Source of the DNA: an uncultured virus (IMG/VR IMGVR_UViG_3300032164_000005)
Taxonomy: Duplodnaviria > Heunggongvirae > Uroviricota > Caudoviricetes
Virus record (IMG/VR): IMGVR_UViG_3300032164_000005
DNA: 20,000 nt
Reading direction: 5' to 3' (one strand)
Shown here: one piece after another, positions 7,327 to 13,981 of the stretch
How positions within the stretch are numbered: the first letter of the stretch is position 1
Layout: the number at the start of each line of letters is the position of its first letter
Translations under genes and position numbers: made by a program
The notes under the pieces: model-generated
Databases searched by the model: none
Seen by the model: only the letters and a program-made list of their open reading frames with translations
What the model was told of the DNA's origin: nothing

Positions 7327-8243
7327 GCCGCTACCTCCTCGGCGACCTTCTCGGACGCCTCGCCCCCGACGTTCAGCGCGTCGAGGATCGTGTTCGCGGC
7401 CTTCACGATCCGCTCGCCCACGCGGGCGATGATCTTCGTGGCCGGGTCGCCGCCGTTCTGCGCCCAGGTCGCGACGTAGGGGAACGAGTAGCACCCGGTG
7501 TCCAGGCCGAGGGCGTGCGAGACGATGAACGCCACGCTCTCTGCCTCGACCTCGCACACGGGGCGCTCGTGGCGCTCGTCGGACCCGTGGAGCAGAGAGT
7601 GCGCGACCTCGTGGACGAGGGTCTTGAACTGCTCCGCGCGGTTGCGACCGCCGGTCACGATCACGATCTCGCGTGACAGGCGGGAGTACCAGCCCTTCGC
7701 GCCGCCGCCGAATTCCGTGTCGGTCTCCTGGAAGCGGATCGCCGAGACGGGCGCACCCTCGAGTCCCAGGGCGACGTCGCGCAGGCGCTCGATGGACTGC
7801 TCGAACACCTCGGGCGCGTCGATGCGCGGCAACTCTTTGGACTCAGGGAGGGGCTCGCCGTCGGTCTGGCTGACGTCGAACACGGACACGACGCGGAACC
7901 GCACGCCCTTGAGCGTCTCGGTGGTCTCGATGCCCTGCGCGTCCGTACGCTTCACGTCGCGCTTGAACGGCACGGGGGCGAGGATCGCGTGGCTCTTGGC
8001 ACCGCGCACGACGTGGCGGTTCACGGACAACCACGTCTTGAACCCTGCGACGGCGCGCATGTCCGCGCCCTGGCTGATCAGGAGTAGCTGGTTCGCGAAC
8101 GAGTAGCGGCGCGGCGAGAGCTTGCCCAGGGTCGCGCTGGCGGTCAGCACGGCCTTCCAGTCCTCGTCCGTGTTGAGCGCCGCGAGACCGCGCTGCAGGG
8201 CTTCCTGCGCGGCCTTGACCCTGTCTGTCGTCTCGTTCGTCAT
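7323..8243 (-). CDS. ardC: ArdC-like ssDNA-binding/antirestriction protein with a C-terminal ImmA/IrrE-like metallopeptidase domain
   Basis: YSFANQLLL…VAGFKTW…VVRGAKSHAILAP…VFDVSQTDG N-domain; TLVHEVAH, EVEAESVAFIV and SFPYVATW; start 8243 follows SD GGAGG. Confidence 0.85.
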   Translation of the reverse strand: MTNETTDRVKAAQEALQRGLAALNTDEDWKAVLTASATLGKLSPRRYSFANQLLLISQGADMRAVAGFKTWLSVNRHVVRGAKSHAILAPVPFKRDVKRTDAQGIETTETLKGVRFRVVSVFDVSQTDGEPLPESKELPRIDAPEVFEQSIERLRDVALGLEGAPVSAIRFQETDTEFGGGAKGWYSRLSREIVIVTGGRNRAEQFKTLVHEVAHSLLHGSDERHERPVCEVEAESVAFIVSHALGLDTGCYSFPYVATWAQNGGDPATKIIARVGERIVKAANTILDALNVGGEASEKVAEEVAA

Positions 8244-8528
8244 CGTCGTACCCTCCACTGGGTCAGACGGCTGCCTACTGTGATTATTCTCGGAAATCGT
8301 AACCGATGGGAATACCGTTCGATTTTGTCGCTGCCGGATATCAGGCCGGGCTCGGATATCTGGCCGGGCTACCCGCCGGGGCCGGGATATCCGACGAGGG
8401 CTTTCCCCGTACGGCATCGCGCTCACGCGCGAGGTCACCGACAGAAAACGACGGTATTCCCATCGGTTACGATTTTGTAGAATATACCCAGAAGGGCTGC
8501 GTCTGACCGTGTGGAGGGTGTGACGATG
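8241..8528. repeat. Imperfect ~90-bp inverted repeat forming divergent promoter/5'UTR units, with a 25-bp perfect core
   Basis: aaatcgtaaccgatgggaataccgt (8294-8318) is the exact reverse complement of 8451-8475; both arms continue to agaata…gtctgacc..gtggagggt..gacgATGacg. Confidence 0.9.
8335..8391. repeat. Tandem 18-bp repeat cggatatc(a/t)ggccgggct x2 plus a third GATATC
   Basis: Copies at 8335-8352 and 8353-8370; GATATC again at 8386-8391. Confidence 0.8.
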
Positions 8529-8852
8529 ACGCAGACGACGACGATCGAGTGTCTGGAGTGCGGACGGCGCGACGCGGATCGCATGCTGACCCTGCGCGAG
8601 CAGGGCCAGACCGAGGGCGGCTGGGAGTTTCCGGTCTGCGCGCAGGACGCAAGCCGCGTGATCGGCCAGTGGTACGCCCACACGCACGGCGCGGTTCGCC
8701 AGCACGTCCTCGCGACGGGCGACGTGGTCGAGGGGCGCTGGATCAGCCGCGAGGCGGTGCTGGCGCTCAGCAAGCGTGGGATCTGGTTCGCGGGCGGGAC
8801 CATCATCGACGATGGGGCGATCGAGACTGTCTACCGTGGGAGGACGCGATGA
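8526..8852 (+). CDS. Hypothetical protein with N-terminal CxxC
   Basis: SD GGAGGG; MTQTTTIECLECGRR…. Confidence 0.75.
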   Translation: MTQTTTIECLECGRRDADRMLTLREQGQTEGGWEFPVCAQDASRVIGQWYAHTHGAVRQHVLATGDVVEGRWISREAVLALSKRGIWFAGGTIIDDGAIETVYRGRTR

Positions 8853-9334
8853 GCACGATGTTCGAGACCTCGATGGCCCGGTCCGGGCAGATCACCGTGA
8901 CCGCATGGCTCGACCCGATCCTCGGCGTCGTCACCGTGCAGCACGGCACCCGCGTGACCAACCGGATCCTGGTCGGTCGCCGCGCACCGGACTGGTCGGT
9001 CCGAGAACTGATCGCCTCGGCGATCGGCTGTGGCGTCGGTGCGGTAGGCGCACGGATGGACGACGACTCGTGCGACCAGTGCGGTCGCCACGTCGATCGG
9101 TGCCAGTGTCCTGCCGAGGACGACGGCGGCGACGCCATGCTGTCCGTCGAGACCGCGCTCGGGCTCGCCGAGACGCTGCGGTCGGACGGGCTGCGCGCCG
9201 AGGTGCGTGGCGACTCGATCGTGTTCGCGGGCGGCGCGTACGGAGAGCACTCGCTGTACATCCCGGTCTCGAGCAGGGATCGCGTGATGGCGCACTGGAA
9301 CGGGTACGTGACCAACAACGGCAGGAGTCTGTGA
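8849..9334 (+). CDS. Hypothetical protein (internal CxxC…CxC)
   Basis: ATGA coupling, SD GGAGG; MSTMFETSMARSG…. Confidence 0.7.
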   Translation: MSTMFETSMARSGQITVTAWLDPILGVVTVQHGTRVTNRILVGRRAPDWSVRELIASAIGCGVGAVGARMDDDSCDQCGRHVDRCQCPAEDDGGDAMLSVETALGLAETLRSDGLRAEVRGDSIVFAGGAYGEHSLYIPVSSRDRVMAHWNGYVTNNGRSL

Positions 9335-9588
9335 TGAGCCTTCAGGCGTACTATCAGGACTTCTGCCGGGGCTTCTGGGCGGATCCCGACGCGCGAGAGT
9401 GCGCGTGCCGTGGGTCCGGTTACGCCCTCTCGGACGTCGATACGTGGCACAAGTGCCGCTACCACCACGTTTCGGGGCAGCCGCACCCGGAGGACGAGCC
9501 CGTGCGGGACGAGGCCGCTGACGATCGGTCCGAGGCGGACATCGAGGCGGCACACCGGCAGGCGAACGACATCAACGGCGCAGAATGA
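9334..9588 (+). CDS. Hypothetical Cys/His protein
   Basis: TGATG coupling; CACRGSG…DTWHKCRYH…PHPE. Confidence 0.75.
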   Translation: MSLQAYYQDFCRGFWADPDARECACRGSGYALSDVDTWHKCRYHHVSGQPHPEDEPVRDEAADDRSEADIEAAHRQANDINGAE

Positions 9589-9599
9589 GGAGCACGACA

Positions 9600-10049
9600 A
9601 TGCTGTACACGATTGCCAACAAGATTTCTGGGCTCCGCCTCGGCACCTACACCGCGCCAACCAGCGACGCCGCGCTCGACGCACAGGCCCGTGACGCGGG
9701 CTACGCAAACCGCGCCGACATGCTCTCGGTGATCGGCGGCGACGGATCCGACATCTCGGTCGAACAGACCGAGATCATCGTGTACGTCGCTCCCGACACC
9801 CTCGGCACGGACGCGGCCTACCCCGAGGCTTTCGCCCGTTACGCCGAGGAGCGCCTCGCGACGATCTACGCCGGGGCAGAGATCACTGTGGAGATCGGCG
9901 AGGGGTGCGACAGCGTGCCTGACGGGGACGAGCGCGTGATGCAGGATCTGTGGGACAGCTACTGCGGGCTCACGAACCACGACTACGAGATCCTCGCGCT
10001 CGCGGTCCCCGAGGACCGGCGCGCGGGCTACCTCACAGGGATCGAGTGA
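9600..10049 (+). CDS. Hypothetical acidic protein
   Basis: SD GAGGAG; MLYTIANKISGLRLGTY…AALDAQARDAGY. Confidence 0.8.
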   Translation: MLYTIANKISGLRLGTYTAPTSDAALDAQARDAGYANRADMLSVIGGDGSDISVEQTEIIVYVAPDTLGTDAAYPEAFARYAEERLATIYAGAEITVEIGEGCDSVPDGDERVMQDLWDSYCGLTNHDYEILALAVPEDRRAGYLTGIE

Positions 10050-10061
10050 GCAAGTGAAGCT

Positions 10062-10092
10062 CCGGGTTGCAGGGTACGTTCCTGCAACCCGG
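10062..10092. other. Intergenic 12-bp perfect hairpin
   Basis: ccgggttgcagg-gtacgtt-cctgcaacccgg; no U-tract. Confidence 0.75.
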
Positions 10093-10125
10093 CACGACCA
10101 GTTTGCAGGAGACACGGAGGTTCAC

Positions 10126-10356
10126 ATGGACACGGGGTACGAGATCCAGAAGCTCGATCGGCGCACCTGGGTGACCGTCGCTCGCGGCGACGACCTGGAA
10201 CGTCTTACGACCAAGGCTCTGAAGATCGCGAAGCAGGATCGCACCGACGTTCGCGTTCGCGACTACGGCAAGGTGGTGGTGTTCACGGCGTACCGCGACG
10301 GGGCCTACAGCGGCCGTCGCGCGCCCGACGCCGACTTCGGCGACGGAGAGGGATGA
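10126..10356 (+). CDS. Hypothetical protein
   Basis: SD GGAGG; MDTGYEIQKLDRRTWVTVARG…. Confidence 0.75.
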   Translation: MDTGYEIQKLDRRTWVTVARGDDLERLTTKALKIAKQDRTDVRVRDYGKVVVFTAYRDGAYSGRRAPDADFGDGEG

Positions 10357-10561
10357 GACCGATGAATCACGCTGAACTGGCTACGAGCGCCCCGACGGCG
10401 TTACAGGCGCGTTCGAGTGCGTAGCCGAGGATGACGACGGAGTTCTCGGCGGTGCTGGCTGCGAGTGCATGAAGTTCAAGAAGGCGCGCAACCCAACAAC
10501 ATCGAGCCCGAGTGATCCTCGCGCTTTCGGCGTTCAGGGAGTGGTGGTAGCCTCCACCATC
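10353..10561 (+). pseudogene. Probable disrupted Cys-rich gene remnant running in frame into the next gene
   Basis: The ATGA-coupled ATG at 10353 closes after 23 codons, while a start-less frame from 10376 reads TGYERPDGVTGAFECVAEDDDGVLGGAGCECMKFKKARNP (compare CRCQQF in 6774-6995). Confidence 0.35.
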
Positions 10562-11626
10562 ATGCCCTACGCCACCCGAGTGAACCCGTTCGTCAGCCCA
10601 GCCGACCGCAAGAAGGTGCTGATGGCGCTGTTCAAGAAGTTCAAGTCCATGGGCGACGGCAAGGTGATCAGCGGTGGCAAGCACAACGTGATGCTTGCGA
10701 CCGAGGGCTACCGCACCGTGACGCTCGAGACGCTGCCGGACGACGAGATCCTGCGTCTCGCGCGCAAGCACGGCATCCTGCGGAGCGCGGGGGAGACGCG
10801 TGAGAATCCTGCTGGCCGTTCCGTGGCCGACGATCTTCGCAAGATGAAGGTCGGGCAATCACAGGCTCTCGCGGCCCCTCACTTCTCGGTGACACGGCAC
10901 AGCCGGACGTCGTGGGTACTCTTCGACTCGAGAAACCGTGAGCGCGCTCGGTGGGGTACGGCCGTTCAGATCGCCGAGGACATCAGGCATGTGGATCAGC
11001 ACGGCACTCTGCCGCCTCCGTCCGGCGCTCGCTGGAACCCGATCACCACGACGCAGGGCCGCCGCCTCCGTGCGAAGGGTTCGAAGCGTCGGAGCGCGGG
11101 GGAGACGCGTGAGAATCCTGCTGGCCGTTCCGTGGCCGACGATCTTCGCAAGATGAAGGTCGGGCAATCACAGGCTCTCGCGGCCCCTCACTTCTCGGTG
11201 ACACGGCACAGCCGGACGTCGTGGGTACTCTTCGACTCGAGAAACCGTGAGCGCGCTCGGTGGGGTACGGCCGTTCAGATCGCCGAGGACATCAGGCATG
11301 TGGATCAGCACGGCACTCTGCCGCCTCCGTCCGGCGCTCGCTGGAACCCGATCACCACGACGCAGGGCCGCCGCCTCCGTGCGAAGGGTTCGAAGCGTCT
11401 CGCCGGGCGCTTCCTGGCAGCACGTCGCGCGATCGAGGCCGAGGGCGGCGTGCCGAAGGCCCGCGTCGGCCGCATGAGCTACCAGAGCGCGGCGTACATC
11501 CTCGCGCACGGCAAGAAGACGAAGAAGCGCCGCCACACGGTCGTGCGCGGCGCGGAGCACGCTCGTGAGCGGCCCGAGAGCGACGTCAACGTCTGGGACT
11601 GGATCAACAAGACCTTCGGGCACTGA
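10562..11626 (+). CDS. Basic modular protein with five RxNP motifs (candidate polyprotein)
   Basis: MPYATRVNP…GETRENP…ARWNP…GETRENP…ARWNP…; TGGTAGCCT -10 box 8 nt upstream; alternative start 10469 (MKFKKARNP). Confidence 0.8.
   Translation: MPYATRVNPFVSPADRKKVLMALFKKFKSMGDGKVISGGKHNVMLATEGYRTVTLETLPDDEILRLARKHGILRSAGETRENPAGRSVADDLRKMKVGQSQALAAPHFSVTRHSRTSWVLFDSRNRERARWGTAVQIAEDIRHVDQHGTLPPPSGARWNPITTTQGRRLRAKGSKRRSAGETRENPAGRSVADDLRKMKVGQSQALAAPHFSVTRHSRTSWVLFDSRNRERARWGTAVQIAEDIRHVDQHGTLPPPSGARWNPITTTQGRRLRAKGSKRLAGRFLAARRAIEAEGGVPKARVGRMSYQSAAYILAHGKKTKKRRHTVVRGAEHARERPESDVNVWDWINKTFGH
10781..11398 (+). repeat. Exact in-frame 309-bp tandem duplication (10781-11089 and 11090-11398)
   Basis: No differences seen between copies; the ORF track shows identical duplicated translations. 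Confidence 0.95.
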
Positions 11627-11632
11627 GGCAAC

Positions 11633-11872
11633 ATGAAGATCGAATTCAACAGCGTGGATACGCTCGAGCACATCATCAGCCGCAGTCTGAAGGGGTTCAA
11701 CGCCAGGGTGACTCCCGTCCGTTCCACCAGGGGCGTGGCCGTCGAGATCCAGGGCGTGGCCGCCTACGACTCCCGATCGATAAACCTCTTCGTCAGGGAG
11801 ATCGACAAGAGCGGAGTGGCGCACGGTCCGCCGTTCAACCTGCGAGTGAAACCGTCGATCTTCATCTTCTGA
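11633..11872 (+). CDS. Hypothetical protein
   Basis: SD GAGG; TGATG coupling to the next gene. Confidence 0.75.
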   Translation: MKIEFNSVDTLEHIISRSLKGFNARVTPVRSTRGVAVEIQGVAAYDSRSINLFVREIDKSGVAHGPPFNLRVKPSIFIF

Positions 11873-12147
11873 TGAGCCCGCCGGAGATCACGTTCCGCGC
11901 GGCGAGCATCGCTGACCTCGAGAGCAAGATCGCCGCCTACGAAGTGCTCTTTGATGTCGTCCCATGGGTCGGCGTCGAAGGCACCGTTACCGCGTCCGAC
12001 GGCGACCCGGCGTGGCTCAGCAAGCCGCACCAGATCGTGGCCGTCGGCCGGAAGTTCGTCACCGTCAACCTCGGGGTCGAGGGAGCGTTCCGCATGGACG
12101 TCGAGAGGAACGCGAACGTGGCTCGGTACGCACTGAGGGCACGATGA
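11872..12147 (+). CDS. Hypothetical protein
   Basis: Translationally coupled on both sides. Confidence 0.7.
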   Translation: MSPPEITFRAASIADLESKIAAYEVLFDVVPWVGVEGTVTASDGDPAWLSKPHQIVAVGRKFVTVNLGVEGAFRMDVERNANVARYALRAR

Positions 12148-12851
12148 CTCCGCTCGTCTCCTGCATCTGCCTGACGACATGGCCCCGCCGTCGGGCGTAC
12201 CTGCCCGACGCGCTGCGTTCGTACCGCCAGCAGACGTACCCGGAGCGCGAACTCATCGTCGTGAACGACGGTGAACCGCTCGTGTCGCACGCGGCCGACG
12301 TCGCCGTCGTGAACCTGCCCGACGTCGGCCGGAAGTGGACGATCGGCGAGAAGCGCAACGTCGGCGTCCGCAAGGCTCGAGGCACGTACCTCGCGACCTG
12401 GGACGACGACGACGTCTCGATGCCGGATCGTCTGGCCGTCCAGGTGGATGCCGCGCGACGCTGGGGTGCCGACTGCGTCCTGGCCGACAAGATGCTCGTA
12501 GCCGACGAAGACATGCACCTCCTGGGTGACTGCGACAGGGGTCTCGTGAAGCCGGTACAGCCGTCCGCGCTCACGCGCCGAGACGCCGTGATCGCCGTCG
12601 GCGGATACCCGGTCTCGAACTACCGCGAGGACGCCGAGGTCGTTGAGCGGATCAAGCTTCTGCTACGTGGCGTTGTCACGACGATGCCGGGCTCGAACTG
12701 GTACGTGATGCGTCGGCACGGTGGCAACACGGCGACCGGGGACAACTCGAGCTACGCGATCTGTGCCATGCGGTCGCCGGATGTGGTTGAATACCAGCGC
12801 AGGGTCGATGCCATCAGGAGCGGGCCCGGCGGAGAGAACGTGACGCCATGA
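12144..12851 (+). CDS. Glycosyltransferase family 2 (GT-A)
   Basis: PLVSCICLT…QQTYPERELIVVNDG…GEKRNVGVRKARGTYLATWDDDD…PDRL. Confidence 0.93.
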   Translation: MTPLVSCICLTTWPRRRAYLPDALRSYRQQTYPERELIVVNDGEPLVSHAADVAVVNLPDVGRKWTIGEKRNVGVRKARGTYLATWDDDDVSMPDRLAVQVDAARRWGADCVLADKMLVADEDMHLLGDCDRGLVKPVQPSALTRRDAVIAVGGYPVSNYREDAEVVERIKLLLRGVVTTMPGSNWYVMRRHGGNTATGDNSSYAICAMRSPDVVEYQRRVDAIRSGPGGENVTP

Positions 12852-13222
12852 GACGCAGAAGGAACCCGTCGTCGGCCCGCACCCGGAACATCGTTCGCGG
12901 TGCCCAGATCGGCGGCGTCGCAGCACTGACGGTGCTCGTGATCGACAGCGTGATCTCGAGGATCCCCGCGTTGAACGGGAGTAGCTTCGTTCGCGGCATC
13001 ACACGCCTTGCGGCCGGTGGCGGACTCGCCTACCTCGCCTCGGCCCGCAAGACGATCCCCGACATCGTTCCGCAGGGCATCGTGGGGGGCGCAGTGCTGA
13101 TGACGGCCCTGGACGTAGGAACGAGCCTGATCTCGCGCCCTGCAGGGCTCCCTGCCCTCCCTGGACCTGCCGCTGCGGTGCTGGCGGCCGGGCAGCCGTG
13201 GCCCCCGCAACTGATGGCGTGA
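12848..13222 (+). CDS. RxNP-tagged membrane protein (MRRRRNPSS…, 2-3 hydrophobic Gly/Ala-rich helices)
   Basis: ATGA/TGATG-coupled between two GT genes; IGGVAALTVLVI, LAAGGGLAYLA and IVGGAVLMTAL segments. Confidence 0.8.
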   Translation: MRRRRNPSSARTRNIVRGAQIGGVAALTVLVIDSVISRIPALNGSSFVRGITRLAAGGGLAYLASARKTIPDIVPQGIVGGAVLMTALDVGTSLISRPAGLPALPGPAAAVLAAGQPWPPQLMA

Positions 13223-13956
13223 TGCTGATGCCCGCTGTGGTCACGGCGGTCTGGCACGGCGATCCGCAGCGAGAGCAACTGCTGCGCGATCACGTCGCCA
13301 ATTTGGCAAGGCAGACGATCCCCGTCGAAGCGATCTACGTCTTCGACGGAGGCGATCTGCCGCCGCCCTGGTTGAAGGCTCGCGCTGTGTGCGTGAAGGA
13401 ACCGCTGACGATCTACCAAGCGTGGAACGTCGGACTCTCGCTCGTTGGCGCATCCGTGGTGATGAACCTGAACCTCGATGACCGGCTGGCTCCCAACGCC
13501 GTCGAGGTCATGCAGCGGGCGCTGCTCGGATCGGATGCGGTCGCGATCGGCGGTGATTGGAAGGTCTGCTACTCGCAGCGCGACACGGACAACGTCCAGC
13601 CGGTCTACCCAGCGACGCGTCTGCCCTTCGTGAGGGCGTGGCCTCCGCCGCAAGGCGCGTTGACCCGGCTGGGCAGCGGGACGGGCGATCGTGGCACCTA
13701 CGGGCCCGCGACGATGTGGCGCACGAGCCTGCACCTGAGTCTCCCGCGCTTCCCGTGGAGGGCGGCCGACGGAACGCTTCTGAGGGTCGTCGGCGATCAG
13801 GCGTGGTGGATCCTGATCACCGAGCACCTGCAGCAGAAGATCCTCCGGCTGCCGCTGGTCGTCGGGAACTACTACAGCCACCCGAGCGGGCAAGCGGAGT
13901 TCCGCTCGGGCGACGAGTCCAAGCTCCTTGTGAACCCTGGAATCTCGCTGATGTGA
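13222..13956 (+). CDS. Glycosyltransferase family 2-like (GT-A)
   Basis: LARQT…IYVFDGG…TIYQAWNVGL…VMNLNLDDRL. Confidence 0.82.
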   Translation: MLMPAVVTAVWHGDPQREQLLRDHVANLARQTIPVEAIYVFDGGDLPPPWLKARAVCVKEPLTIYQAWNVGLSLVGASVVMNLNLDDRLAPNAVEVMQRALLGSDAVAIGGDWKVCYSQRDTDNVQPVYPATRLPFVRAWPPPQGALTRLGSGTGDRGTYGPATMWRTSLHLSLPRFPWRAADGTLLRVVGDQAWWILITEHLQQKILRLPLVVGNYYSHPSGQAEFRSGDESKLLVNPGISLM

Positions 13957-13981
13957 TACCGTTTCGCGCAGGAGCAGACCA

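Noticed and set aside
8335..8391. CRISPR array or mini-array
   Set aside because: Only two adjacent 18-bp copies, with no spacers and no cas genes
8244..8705. 460-aa version of the ArdC-like ORF (7323-8705)
   Set aside because: The extension crosses the non-coding inverted repeat and overlaps the plus-strand gene at 8526; ATG 8243 has a good SD
10781..11398. Diversity-generating retroelement TR/VR pair
   Set aside because: The copies appear identical and tandem in frame, with no adenine-specific mismatches and no reverse transcriptase in the window
4691..12868. Tat (twin-arginine) signal peptides as the explanation for the Arg-rich N-termini
   Set aside because: They lack the S/T-R-R-x-F-L-K consensus and any passenger domain, and the same RxNP motif occurs internally in soluble proteins
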